A DNA stretch of 64,000 nt from Parcubacteria group bacterium (GTDB lineage: Bacteria > Patescibacteriota > Minisyncoccia > Phycocordibacterales > WO2-35-19): contig JAAZAU010000012.1 of the NCBI GenBank assembly GCA_012514175.1, positions 110,897 through 174,896 of the forward strand, in the 5' to 3' direction. Both the position numbers and the translations under genes were made by a program. Shown piece by piece: positions 36,953-47,140 of this stretch; positions within the stretch are counted from its first letter, which is position 1; every line of letters starts with the position of its first letter. The notes beneath the pieces were generated by a model that worked only from the letters and a program-made list of their open reading frames with translations, was not told the origin of the DNA and made no database searches.

Positions 36953-38082
36953 AAATAATATTTACAGGCGGAGTTACAGGTGGACATTTTTATCCGATTA
37001 TAGCTGTCGTAGAAGCTATTCAAAAAATATCCAGAGAGAAAAAAATTCTTTCACCTAAAATGTATTTTTTTGCACCTTCTCCATACAACCAAGGTCTGCT
37101 TTATGATCACAATATAGAATTCAAAAGAGTGACTGCAGGCAAAATGCGCACATATTTTTCATTACAAAATTTTACAGATATATTTAAAACTATATGGGGA
37201 ATTTTAAACGCTCTTTATGACGTTTTCAACATTTATCCAGATGTTGTTTTTTGCAAAGGAGGATACGGAAGTTTTCCGGTAGTATTCGCGGCTAGAATAT
37301 TGCGTATTCCAGTATTTGTTCATGAGTCAGATTCTGTCGCCGGCAAAGTTAATAAGTGGGCAAGTAAATTTGCAGACAGAATCGCAATTTCCTTCAAAGA
37401 AGCCATTGCCTCTTTCCCTGAAGCAAAAGTAGCTTACACCGGACAGCCTGTGCTAGAAGAAAAACTGAACCCGATTGCAGACGGCGCTAATGAATTTTTC
37501 GGATTTGATAACAGTGTTCCAACCATCTTTATAATGGGGGGCTCCCAAGGCGCCGAGATGATCAATAATGCTATTTTGGATATTTTGCCAGACTTGGTTG
37601 AAAATTATCAAGTTATTCACCAAACTGGTCTAACCAATCTAAAAGTAACAGAAGAATCAGCTGCCGCCATACTTTTGGGCAATCCAAACAAAGATAGGTA
37701 CAAAACTTTCGGTTATATGAATAATCTTGAAATGATGATGGCAGCGGGAATATCTTCGCTAGTTATAAGCAGAGGCGGTTCTAGTATTTTTGAAATAGCT
37801 TCTTGGGCCAAGCCTTCAATTATAATACCGATCACAAATTCAAGCGGTAACCACCAAATTAAAAACGCATTCGCTTACGCTTCAAGTGGTGCTTGTTCGG
37901 TCCTGCAAGAAGAAAATCTTAAACCTAGCATCTTTATTGCCGAAATTAAAAGAATACTTAATAATCCAGAAATCGCAGAAAAAATGAAAGAAAATGCTAA
38001 AAATTTCTTTAAACCCGGCGCAGCTGACACTATCGCGAGAGAACTTTTATCTATTATGTTTTCCCACGAAAAATTAGAATAA
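36949..38082 (+). CDS. murG: UDP-N-acetylglucosamine--N-acetylmuramyl-(pentapeptide) pyrophosphoryl-undecaprenol N-acetylglucosamine transferase
   Basis: 377 aa with N-terminal GGTGGHFYP motif and GT28 fold. Confidence 0.9.
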   Translation: MKIIFTGGVTGGHFYPIIAVVEAIQKISREKKILSPKMYFFAPSPYNQGLLYDHNIEFKRVTAGKMRTYFSLQNFTDIFKTIWGILNALYDVFNIYPDVVFCKGGYGSFPVVFAARILRIPVFVHESDSVAGKVNKWASKFADRIAISFKEAIASFPEAKVAYTGQPVLEEKLNPIADGANEFFGFDNSVPTIFIMGGSQGAEMINNAILDILPDLVENYQVIHQTGLTNLKVTEESAAAILLGNPNKDRYKTFGYMNNLEMMMAAGISSLVISRGGSSIFEIASWAKPSIIIPITNSSGNHQIKNAFAYASSGACSVLQEENLKPSIFIAEIKRILNNPEIAEKMKENAKNFFKPGAADTIARELLSIMFSHEKLE

Positions 38083-38148
38083 TTAATTCTAAAAATTAAT
38101 TCTAAAAAAGATCTAATCCAACAAGGTATTTTTTGCTATAATAGACTT

Positions 38149-39609
38149 ATGGCAAATAATGAAAAAGTGGTCACCAGATTTGCGCCGTCACCAACGGGTT
38201 TTATGCATGTTGGAAGCGCAAGAACCGCCCTTTACGCGTGGTTATTAGCTAAAAAAAACAATGGCACTTTTATATTAAGAATAGAAGACACAGACAAAGA
38301 AAGGGAAGTTGCTGGTTCTATTGAACATATAAAAAAATCTTTGAAATGGCTTTCTTTAAACTGGGACGAAGGACCTGATATTGGCGGTCCTAGCGCTCCT
38401 TATATTCAATCAGAAAGATTGGAAATATATAAAAAATACGCAAATATTTTGATAGAAAAAGGTTATGCGTATGCCGATCCTTACACAGCCGAAGAAATAG
38501 AAAACTTCAAGAAAAAATCAGAAGAAGAAAAGAAACCTTTTTTGTATCGGGAATACAGACCAGAAAATCCTCCTCCTTGGGATGGTTCTAAGCCTCTTAG
38601 ATTTAAAGTGCCTGAATTAAAAAGAACCGAATGGAAAGATTTAGTTTGGGGCGAACTTTCTGCTGGCATTGAAGCTTTGGACGATTTTGTATTAATAAAA
38701 AGTGATGGTTTTCCGACATATAATTTTGCCCACATTGTTGATGATATTGAAATGGGTGTCACTCACATAGTGAGAGGACAAGAATTTATTGCTTCCACGC
38801 CAAAATTTTTATCAGTCTATGAAGCTTTAGAAATTACTCCTCCAAATTTTGTAACCGTGCCTCCAATAATGGGAGCCGACGGCAAAAGAAAACTTGGCAA
38901 ACGAGATGGCGCTAAAGATATTTTGGATTACGAAAACGAAGGTTATCTCCCAGAAACTATGGTTAATTTCCTCGCCTTTCTAGGTTTTAATCCAGGGGGA
39001 GAGAAAGAGATCTACACCAAAGAAGAATTGGCAAAAGTCTTTGATCTAAACAAAATTCAAAAATCGGGAGCACAATGGAATGACGACAAATTAGACTGGA
39101 TGAACAGAGAACACATTAAATTGTTGCCCGAAGAAGAACGTAACGAAAAAATATTTGACCGTCTTCAAAAAAATCCTGAAATATCAAAAAGTGAAAAAAT
39201 AAAAGACCGAGATTATGTTTCAAAAATTTATCCTATTATTTTTGATAGAATCTCTAAGTGGTCAGATATAGACACAATGATTTCAGCGGGGGAGCTTTCT
39301 TATTTCTTTGAAAAACCTACTCTAGAAAAAGAAAAAATTGTCTGGAAAACTCAAACTCAAGAAAATGCTAAAGAAAATCTGGAAAAAGTTTTAGGAATTT
39401 TTGAATCAGAAATTACCAATTACGAATCGTGTAAAGAAAAAATTATACAACACGCAACCGAAGTAGGGAAGGGGGAAGTACTTTGGCCTCTACGCTATGC
39501 CCTATCAGGAAAAGAAAAATCGCCAGACCCACTAACCTTGATTAGCGTGCTGGGTATAGCAGAAAGCAAAGAGAGAGTTGCAAAAGCTATCCAAATTTTG
39601 ACGCCTTAA
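38149..39609 (+). CDS. gltX: glutamate--tRNA ligase
   Basis: 486 aa, FAPSPTGFMHVGSARTAL (HIGH-type) and KLGKRDG (KMSKS-type). Confidence 0.92.
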   Translation: MANNEKVVTRFAPSPTGFMHVGSARTALYAWLLAKKNNGTFILRIEDTDKEREVAGSIEHIKKSLKWLSLNWDEGPDIGGPSAPYIQSERLEIYKKYANILIEKGYAYADPYTAEEIENFKKKSEEEKKPFLYREYRPENPPPWDGSKPLRFKVPELKRTEWKDLVWGELSAGIEALDDFVLIKSDGFPTYNFAHIVDDIEMGVTHIVRGQEFIASTPKFLSVYEALEITPPNFVTVPPIMGADGKRKLGKRDGAKDILDYENEGYLPETMVNFLAFLGFNPGGEKEIYTKEELAKVFDLNKIQKSGAQWNDDKLDWMNREHIKLLPEEERNEKIFDRLQKNPEISKSEKIKDRDYVSKIYPIIFDRISKWSDIDTMISAGELSYFFEKPTLEKEKIVWKTQTQENAKENLEKVLGIFESEITNYESCKEKIIQHATEVGKGEVLWPLRYALSGKEKSPDPLTLISVLGIAESKERVAKAIQILTP

Positions 39610-39622
39610 TTTTTCAAAAGAA

Positions 39623-40897
39623 ATGTTTGTATCAATTAAAAAAACAACAACTGTAACACTTGCTCTAGTTTTGTTATTGGGCGTGGTTCATAAAACTAAA
39701 GCAGAATCCGTTGCCGAACTCAAACAAAACATCCAAAACAATGTAGACAAAATCAAACAACTAGACGAAGAAATAAAAATTTACGAGAAACAGATAGAAA
39801 CCACCAACAGTCAAGCTCAAACGTTAAAAAACACTATTCAGGTGCTTGATATTAACCAAAAAAAGATAAGCACAGAAATTCAAAAAACCGAAACTAATAT
39901 TAAAAAGACGAACTTGACAATACAAGATATAAGTGATGAAATAAAAACAATTGAAGCTAAGATGGAAGCCAACACCAAAGCTATCGCTAAGGCTATAAAT
40001 AGCATTCATCAACACGACGAACAATCTCTGATAGAAAGTTTTCTTACCAACAACAGCCTAACCGACGTGTTAGACAAATACGAATCTATCACGAAATTTC
40101 AAGAAAATGTGCGAGATAAATCAAAAGAGCTTGAGGCTCACAAAAAAGAACTTTCTGAAAAAAGAAATTTAAGCGAAAAAGAAAAAAGTAATTTGGTCTC
40201 TTTTAAATCAGAATTAAATGATCAAAATCAAATTCTGGCGAATAATAAGAAAGAGAAAAGCAATCTTTTAAGCGCGACTCAAAATAAAGAGGCTGAGTAT
40301 AAAAAAATATTAGCGGCCAGACAAGCTGAGAAAGAAAGATTTGAAAAAGAATTGTTTGATTTTGAATCTAGACTTAAAAGGGCTATTGATCCAAACAGTT
40401 TTCCGTCTAGCGGTAAAGGCATCTTTTCTTGGCCAGTAGATCCTGTCCGTATCACTCAATATTTCGGCAAAACTGCCGATTCTAAGAGACTTTACACATC
40501 AGGAACTCACAACGGTGTTGATTTTGGTGTCAGTCGTGGCACTCCTGTTAAATCAACTTTGAAAGGGGTAGTTCGGGGTACCGGCAATACCGATGAGCAA
40601 AAAGGTTGTTATTCCTATGGCAAATGGATACTTATAGACCACCCAAACGGTTTATCCACGCTCTACGCTCATTTAGACCTTATTAAAGTCTCCGCCGGAC
40701 AAGCCGTAGAAACTGGTCAAGTAATCGGTTATAGCGGTAATACTGGCTATTCAACTGGTCCACATTTGCACCTCACTGTTTACGCCACTCAAGGTATCGT
40801 TGGAATTCAAAAATATTCTTCCAGTAAAAATTGTAAAAATGTTAGTATACCGATAGCTGACGTTAAAGCTTATTTAGACCCAATGCTGTATTTCTAA
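39623..40897 (+). CDS. M23 family peptidase with long N-terminal coiled coil (EnvC-like)
   Basis: 424 aa with signal peptide, ~230 aa coiled coil and C-terminal LytM domain (HNGVDFG...GYSGNTGYSTGPHLH). Confidence 0.85.
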   Translation: MFVSIKKTTTVTLALVLLLGVVHKTKAESVAELKQNIQNNVDKIKQLDEEIKIYEKQIETTNSQAQTLKNTIQVLDINQKKISTEIQKTETNIKKTNLTIQDISDEIKTIEAKMEANTKAIAKAINSIHQHDEQSLIESFLTNNSLTDVLDKYESITKFQENVRDKSKELEAHKKELSEKRNLSEKEKSNLVSFKSELNDQNQILANNKKEKSNLLSATQNKEAEYKKILAARQAEKERFEKELFDFESRLKRAIDPNSFPSSGKGIFSWPVDPVRITQYFGKTADSKRLYTSGTHNGVDFGVSRGTPVKSTLKGVVRGTGNTDEQKGCYSYGKWILIDHPNGLSTLYAHLDLIKVSAGQAVETGQVIGYSGNTGYSTGPHLHLTVYATQGIVGIQKYSSSKNCKNVSIPIADVKAYLDPMLYF

Positions 40898-40937
40898 TTT
40901 TAATGCGTTAAAAATAAATTAGTTTAGCAGAAACCCA

Positions 40938-41201
40938 ATGAAAACTTTCAAAAATAAAAACAACAAAGGTTTTATCAAGATCAAAGTAATTTTGATTATA
41001 ATCGCCATATTAGTGGTATTAAAGTATGTCTACGATATAGATATCGTCGGTTTTTTGACTCAAGGCAAATTTAAAGAGCTTTTAGATAAATTTTATAATT
41101 TAAGTCTTAAAGGTTGGGAAAAATACAAAGACACCGTAATGCAAGTTTGGAATTTGCTGGTTGGGTTCATAAAGGGTCTTTTTGCTAAACTCACAAAATA
41201 A
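40938..41201 (+). CDS. small hypothetical membrane protein
   Basis: 87 aa with one TM helix. Weak evidence beyond the ORF. Confidence 0.4.
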   Translation: MKTFKNKNNKGFIKIKVILIIIAILVVLKYVYDIDIVGFLTQGKFKELLDKFYNLSLKGWEKYKDTVMQVWNLLVGFIKGLFAKLTK

Positions 41202-41512
41202 TAGGAGAGAACCACCGAAAGAAAAATAAAAAAAATAATTTTCTTTAAAATTAATTTGTCTCTAAAAAATAATTTTAATAATGGGGAAGGGGTTTTATCA
41301 TTAATTTTATAAAGTAAGCACTGTATTAGAATTATTACATAATGACTACTACAAAGGTATATTGTGCGACGTTCATACTATCTAAAAACAACTTAAAGAA
41401 ATTAATAAAAAAATGAAAGATGAACCTAATCATTCGCTTCCCTTTACCTAACCAGTAAGACAAAAATAAAATCCCCTAGTCCGAGAACTAGAGGATTTTA
41501 TTTTAAAATTCA

Positions 41513-41986
41513 TTACCTATTGATTGCCAAATCTGTATATTCGGAATAGGCGACTGTTTTGGTCCAACATTTAGAAGAGGAGCTCCAAGGTTTGACGCCA
41601 TACTTCTCAAAGAGATATCTAGCGTAAGCTGTGTTCCCTTCTAGGGTGAGGATATCAAATCCTAATTTTTCCGAATCTTCACTGTGATAGTATTCGTTGA
41701 TTTGCATTACTCCCCTGTCAAGATTGTTTACTTCACCACGCAACACATTTCCATTTTTGTCATATTGACGGAAACGAGATTCACATCTAGCAACTTCAAT
41801 CATAATCGGAATATCTGAAAAGTAACTTCTCACATATTCCTCAACAGTCATATTTCTTTCAACTACTTCTTTCTTCGCCTCACTTGGCAAAACATTTTTC
41901 GTTTGTATAACTTCCGGTGTTATAGCAGGAGCAAGAGATGATCCATTAAAACCTATAACCGTTGAAGCCAACATCACGAATCCCAA
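41513..41986 (-). CDS. lytic transglycosylase-like (SLT/lysozyme-like) protein
   Basis: 157 aa with ARCESRFRQYD...GVMQINE fitting the SLT catalytic E-S and GLMQ motifs. N-terminus and start codon uncertain. An in-frame TTG lies 2 codons upstream. Confidence 0.6.
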   Translation of the reverse strand: MGFVMLASTVIGFNGSSLAPAITPEVIQTKNVLPSEAKKEVVERNMTVEEYVRSYFSDIPIMIEVARCESRFRQYDKNGNVLRGEVNNLDRGVMQINEYYHSEDSEKLGFDILTLEGNTAYARYLFEKYGVKPWSSSSKCWTKTVAYSEYTDLAINR

Positions 41987-42300
41987 AGCGGTAGTTTGGA
42001 AAATAAGCCGATTGTTTAATTTTAATCTACTCTAATCCCCTAGCCTACCTTTGATAGACTTTGCATTTTTAGTTTGGGATTAAAATAGTAGAGATACATT
42101 TTCAGAAAACCTCAAGCGCGAACCTTAACTCTGTTTTAGAGTATAAATTTATACTTGAGCCAAAAAGTTTCTCTATATTACCTTCTTGATTTGTGAAAAC
42201 CTTGTCAAAAAAGCAAAAATCCAGTATTACTGGACCTACATATATATTAGCATTTTTTGCTCTTGCTGTCAAGAGTAAAATGTGTTCAAATTTGTGTTCC

Positions 42301-42327
42301 AAAAATGGCTCTATTGAGCCATTTTTT
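42301..42327 (-). terminator. terminator after the 441-aa secreted protein gene
   Basis: AAAAATGGCTC-TATT-GAGCCATTTTT symmetric hairpin. Confidence 0.65.
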
Positions 42328-42358
42328 AGATAATTTTTAAAGAAAATCCGCTCAAAAA

Positions 42359-43684
42359 TTAGAATTCTTTGTAGTTTGGATTGATCGCAAAATTAGCGTG
42401 AACAGTCTTGTTGCCCGTAGCAGTTAGGGTGCAAGTCCCTCCAGAACCATCAGCTTCCTTTGTGGAACCCCCATCGCAAACAGTTGAATCACTCCAACCC
42501 ACAAATATGCGACCAGTAGACGGTGTAGCGGTTAAAGTAATCTCTTCACCTTCTTCAAATTTAGCAGATTGAGAAGAACACCCTTCCCCGCATTTAATAC
42601 CATCAGGGCTACTAACCACAACTCCCTGACCAGATTTTATAACAGTAATATCAAATTCCTGATTAAGAATTTTGATTAAAACATTCGCGTAAGAATTGGT
42701 GCCTGCCGGACTACAATTTATTTCATAAGTGGTATTTACCACTGGACTGACAGAGAAAGTTCTTGAATCATTAGGATAATTCAAAGACGAACCATAACCA
42801 GTAACAGTGCAGTTGGTAGCGTTTTGATACGAAAAAGTGATATTGGCGCTATTACCTTTCTTTATTTCTGTCGGGCTGGCACTTATATTAACAGTTGCAG
42901 CAACTGGAGTGGCATAATTAGCTATCACAGTCTTATTAGAATTCACTTTAACGTTACAAGTGCGACCAGTTACAGAATTACAACCATGCCAAGCGGAAAA
43001 GGTTTGACCTCCCACAGTAGCAGGAGCGGTCACAGAAACATCGCTATTATGATAAACGTTGTAAGTTCTTTGGAATGGTGTTGAGCCGTTTGCATTACCC
43101 GCCACATCAGCTGGTGACACAACCATCGTTACCCCGCTTGCAGGATTATTGGAACTTATTGAAAGAGTGCGGAATAACCCGCCGACACTAACACCAGAGA
43201 AATCAACCCAACCAACAACACTTGAACCCCAAGCAAAACCAGAAAAACTACCCGTTTCAGTATTAAAAGAAACAGAATTAGAATGCCCATCTAGACGAAT
43301 CCAGCCATCCCAACCATCAGTCCGGCTAGTCATTGAAGAACAATTACCAGAAGCGGTTCCCGCGCAAGCCCGAATCCAACCGGTAACTTTTCCCGTAGAG
43401 AAATCAATAAGAGCATTGCCCCCTACCCCTCCCGGAAAAGAACTGAGACCACCAAATTTTACCCAGCCAATATTTTCCGACCAGGCATAACCGCCCAATA
43501 CACCATTGACATCATCAAGATAGACTCCACCATACGCTGGAGTCATATCTATCCAACCGATAGTTTCCGACCAGGCATAACCGGAAACACTAGTCACAGC
43601 AGAAAGTGCTCGAGCAGGAGCTATATTGAAAAACAAAACGGATACCATTATCAAACAGAGAAATATCAAAGTCTTATTTTTCAT
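42359..43684 (-). CDS. secreted Trp-rich repeat protein with C-terminal divergent InlB B-repeat domain
   Basis: 441 aa with signal peptide. At least 4 copies of G[YF]AW[SG]x2-3[IV]GW[IV]x[FM] (GYAWSETIGWIDM, GYAWSENIGWVKFGG, GFAWGSSVVGWVDFSG). C-terminus FVGWSDSTVCDGG...CTLTATGNKTVHANFAINPNYKEF. Confidence 0.65.
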   Translation of the reverse strand: MKNKTLIFLCLIMVSVLFFNIAPARALSAVTSVSGYAWSETIGWIDMTPAYGGVYLDDVNGVLGGYAWSENIGWVKFGGLSSFPGGVGGNALIDFSTGKVTGWIRACAGTASGNCSSMTSRTDGWDGWIRLDGHSNSVSFNTETGSFSGFAWGSSVVGWVDFSGVSVGGLFRTLSISSNNPASGVTMVVSPADVAGNANGSTPFQRTYNVYHNSDVSVTAPATVGGQTFSAWHGCNSVTGRTCNVKVNSNKTVIANYATPVAATVNISASPTEIKKGNSANITFSYQNATNCTVTGYGSSLNYPNDSRTFSVSPVVNTTYEINCSPAGTNSYANVLIKILNQEFDITVIKSGQGVVVSSPDGIKCGEGCSSQSAKFEEGEEITLTATPSTGRIFVGWSDSTVCDGGSTKEADGSGGTCTLTATGNKTVHANFAINPNYKEF

Positions 43685-43702
43685 AATTTTATATAACTAT
43701 TA

Positions 43703-45043
43703 TTATTGTTTCCAAATATAAACATAACCATCCCCACCTGCACCAGCAGTACATTGATCATGAGACGCACCACCACCGCCACCACCACTTACACCACTTG
43801 TAGCGTTTGTAGTATTACTACAATTTCCACTCCCTCCTCTTCTTGTGCCACCTCTACCACCAAATGGACCACCGCCATTACCTCCAGGGACAGAGTCTTC
43901 GTCGTCGGTATTTTTAATAGGCATTCCGCCAAGACCTCCGGCTATTCTGATTGTATCTGCAGTCGCACTTTTTCCAACACCTCCCCCAAAGCCACAAGAA
44001 CAAACGGTGCTAGCGCACAAAGTATGCCCACCATTATCTATATAACACCCGCCTTTACCACCATAAGCCACAAGAGAAGTGCCCCCTATGCTCATAGTAG
44101 TGTTACCACCATTTCCTCCTGTTTGAAATGTGGCAGATCCTCCATAACCTCCAACTCCCACATTACCATTTACAGTAGTTGCAGTATCGAGAGTAACTCT
44201 ATGATAAACTGTTTCCCCTTCTCCACCACCACCGCCAGATTCGGGGTTGCTATCGTTCCAGCTAGCACCACCACCACCACCACCAGCACCTTTCATTTCT
44301 ATAATATAAGTTCCTGGCTCCAAATTAGCCGAAAAATTACCAGAACCAGTTTGACTGAAAGCTAAACTTTCTCCCAAAAACGGTCCGGAATTGGCAGAAC
44401 CACCAGGCGCTTGCCAACTAGCGTTACCAGACGCATCAGAAGTCAAAACCTTCCCAACACCAGGAGAACCTCCGGAGATTTTCACTGTGCCATTTACATC
44501 AAGATTAGCAGAAGGATTTTGGACACCAATACCAACCTTACCGTTAAAATAAGTATTGTTTGTGTTTACATCCATACGAACTATATAGTCGTCGTGATTA
44601 CGACCTATCCAAAGAAAATTTATTGTTTCTGCGGAGTAACCATGGCCACCATAGCCTCCAAGCAGTGCAGAACCATCAGAAGTAGAGAAGCCAAATCTTC
44701 TAGACCAACCTCCACCAGGAGCAGCCGAAATAGCAACACCATAAGCAGGTTGATTATATGAAATTCTCACAAGATTTTGAACATTCAAAACTCCATTTAG
44801 AACAAAACCTCCATTAACTGTCAAAACGTTAGCACCAGCAACACCCATATTCAAAATTTTATTACCAGCAAAAATTTGTTTGTTGGTGCTGATGTTGATT
44901 GGCGCTGAAACGTTATTGCCAGGAGGTTCCGCCGTCGGCGCAGTCCAGCTGTAAGCTATTCCTACAAAACCCGTAACTGCAAAGCAAACAGCAATAGTTA
45001 TGATGATTTGTTTTATATTCCGCATATTTTTTAAATTAATCAA
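43703..45043 (-). CDS. secreted glycine-rich protein
   Basis: 446 aa with signal peptide. N-terminal WTAPTAEPPGNNVSAPIN motif and long poly-Gly tracts (GGGGGGASW, GGGGGEGE, GGNGGGPFGGRGG). Confidence 0.65.
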   Translation of the reverse strand: MINLKNMRNIKQIIITIAVCFAVTGFVGIAYSWTAPTAEPPGNNVSAPINISTNKQIFAGNKILNMGVAGANVLTVNGGFVLNGVLNVQNLVRISYNQPAYGVAISAAPGGGWSRRFGFSTSDGSALLGGYGGHGYSAETINFLWIGRNHDDYIVRMDVNTNNTYFNGKVGIGVQNPSANLDVNGTVKISGGSPGVGKVLTSDASGNASWQAPGGSANSGPFLGESLAFSQTGSGNFSANLEPGTYIIEMKGAGGGGGGASWNDSNPESGGGGGEGETVYHRVTLDTATTVNGNVGVGGYGGSATFQTGGNGGNTTMSIGGTSLVAYGGKGGCYIDNGGHTLCASTVCSCGFGGGVGKSATADTIRIAGGLGGMPIKNTDDEDSVPGGNGGGPFGGRGGTRRGGSGNCSNTTNATSGVSGGGGGGASHDQCTAGAGGDGYVYIWKQ

Positions 45044-45068
45044 TAATTAAATAACAAATTTATTAATT

Positions 45069-45395
45069 TTATAAATTTTCCATTTCTTTAGTTTGTTCAG
45101 AAACAAGATCTCCTTCTGCTTCATTTCCTTCATTTTCTTTTTCTAGATTATTCATTTCATTCATTTGAGCATCCAAGGTTTCTTCAGACGCAGGCTGAAA
45201 ATCGTTGCTGTTTACTATTTTTTCCATTTCTCTCAATTGCCCTGAAATAATCTCCTCTTCTGTTGGAGATTTGGCTTTGTTATAAAAATATATAGAAAGA
45301 ATAATTACTGCTATCAATAACAAAACACCCGCAACCCACCAGATAAGTTTAGATTTGGAAAAGCCAGACATATTTTTGTATTTTGATTTTGACAT
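45069..45395 (-). CDS. small membrane-anchored acidic protein
   Basis: 108 aa with one TM helix and E/N-rich tail. Confidence 0.45.
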   Translation of the reverse strand: MSKSKYKNMSGFSKSKLIWWVAGVLLLIAVIILSIYFYNKAKSPTEEEIISGQLREMEKIVNSNDFQPASEETLDAQMNEMNNLEKENEGNEAEGDLVSEQTKEMENL

Positions 45396-45449
45396 ATTTA
45401 TGTATTGTATATAAAAAATTTAGATTTTGATAGATTTATTTGTAGATAA

Positions 45450-46493
45450 CTAAAATTCTTTATAATTTGGGTCAACAATAAAGTTGGCTTTTACGTTTTT
45501 AGCGTCATTCATTATAAGGTTGCAGAGTCCCAAACCGGTGCAATCACCACTCCAACCGGCAAATTTTCTTCCTGGATTTGGTCTAGCAAACAAAGTAATT
45601 TTTGTATCTGGTAAATAATCAGAAATACAAGCGCCTCCGCAGTTAATACCGGGCTGACTTGGATCAACAAGCGTGCTAAAAACCAAACCTTGACCACTTT
45701 TTTCTACTTTCAAACTAAAAGGAGTTGGAGGTGAAGAAACATTTATAGACACGTTATCATTTATTGGTAAACCATTACTACCCCAACAGGTTAAAGAATA
45801 AGAATAAGAACCTGGACCGATTAGATTACCAGTTTCAAAACTACCAGAATCAGCGCCATCAGTAGCGTCAAATCCTGGGAAACTAGGAAAAGTAGCCGTG
45901 CAAGAATTTGCATTACTGTAATTCCAATAAACCGTAGTGCCAGTATTATTACTTAAGTTTTCGTTAAGAGCGGACATATTGACGGTGGCAGGAGTAGGTT
46001 CGGGAGTAGGACCTGTACCCGGACCTGAGCCTGGGTCTGTGCCTGGATCTGGATTTTCTGGGTCTGGTGTTGGACCTGGATCAATACAGTCTGCATCTGA
46101 ACCACACATATTCTCAGTAGCGGTGCCAGTGCTGTCTATTTGGCAAGATTGATTTTGACAAATTAAATAATTATTGGCTGGTTCTGGCTCAACACACTGA
46201 CATTCTCTACCTTTATCGCACTTAATAGAAGTAGTAAATTCATTAGAAAGTATGCACTGCTCCCAACCAAGCCAACTGCAGGTGGCTACTTTGCCAACTT
46301 CACAATCACAGGTGTTGAAAACCGGTCTTACACAATCGTGTCTTCCGTCCCTTCCGTTATAACAAGCTTCACCGCCAACATACGTCCCTTCTGGAGTAAA
46401 TTCTGGCAGACCGCGACAAACCAGAGCGTCGGCGCAAGAAGGTAAAAATAAAATAAAAGCAGCGATTATAGAAAATTTTAAAAATAACTTCAT
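45450..46493 (-). CDS. secreted cysteine-rich protein with Pro/Thr linker and C-terminal divergent InlB B-repeat domain
   Basis: 347 aa with signal peptide and about 20 Cys in the first 140 aa. PTPDPENPDPGTDPGSGPGTGPTPEPTP linker. C-terminus FAGWSGDCTGLGLCNLIMNDAKNVKANFIVDPNYKEF. Confidence 0.65.
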   Translation of the reverse strand: MKLFLKFSIIAAFILFLPSCADALVCRGLPEFTPEGTYVGGEACYNGRDGRHDCVRPVFNTCDCEVGKVATCSWLGWEQCILSNEFTTSIKCDKGRECQCVEPEPANNYLICQNQSCQIDSTGTATENMCGSDADCIDPGPTPDPENPDPGTDPGSGPGTGPTPEPTPATVNMSALNENLSNNTGTTVYWNYSNANSCTATFPSFPGFDATDGADSGSFETGNLIGPGSYSYSLTCWGSNGLPINDNVSINVSSPPTPFSLKVEKSGQGLVFSTLVDPSQPGINCGGACISDYLPDTKITLFARPNPGRKFAGWSGDCTGLGLCNLIMNDAKNVKANFIVDPNYKEF

Positions 46494-47062
46494 ATTGATT
46501 TAGGTAAAACTTGTATTGAAACCTCAACGAGATCAGTTTCTAATTGTGCAAGATTAATTTGGATTTGATATTTGGTCCCTTCTATTTCAATCATCCCAAA
46601 CTTTTCACCATAACTAGAATACAAAACATTGCTATCTTGGAACGAACTGAAGAAATCTGAAAAAATTTGAGCTAATTCCCCATTTTTATTATATAAAAAA
46701 CTATAACCTGCTCCACCCTTAAAATCTAATTTTAAGTATCTCGCTTCGTTTACTGAATCGGTCGGCACAAAAATAACTAAATTTGAAGGCAAATCTTCTT
46801 TTTTAATTTCTGTCAATGAATCAGCTTTAGGAATAGCTATTGTAGATTTTTGAGAAATAACTAAACGTTCTTTAACAAGAGCTTCGTCTAATTTTCTTTC
46901 ATTTAAAACAGGCTCTTCTGTTATAAAAGATGATTCGTTAACTGCTTTGTAGACAAAAAGAGAAACAAGACCCAAAAACAAAAAAATCCCCACCACAAAC
47001 AAAAGAACTAGAAGTTTCTTGTCAGTGTTGGTGTTAGTATTGGGTTGAAACTCGTCTGGCAT
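46490..47062 (-). CDS. hypothetical N-terminally membrane-anchored protein
   Basis: 190 aa with one TM helix after a short cytoplasmic N-terminus. Overlaps the upstream gene by 4 bp (operon). Confidence 0.55.
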   Translation of the reverse strand: MPDEFQPNTNTNTDKKLLVLLFVVGIFLFLGLVSLFVYKAVNESSFITEEPVLNERKLDEALVKERLVISQKSTIAIPKADSLTEIKKEDLPSNLVIFVPTDSVNEARYLKLDFKGGAGYSFLYNKNGELAQIFSDFFSSFQDSNVLYSSYGEKFGMIEIEGTKYQIQINLAQLETDLVEVSIQVLPKSI

Positions 47063-47140
47063 TATGGATATATTTTAACATGTTCAAAATTTACCAAACA
47101 AAAAACTGTGTATAAGACATTTATTGAAAAACCGATGTTT

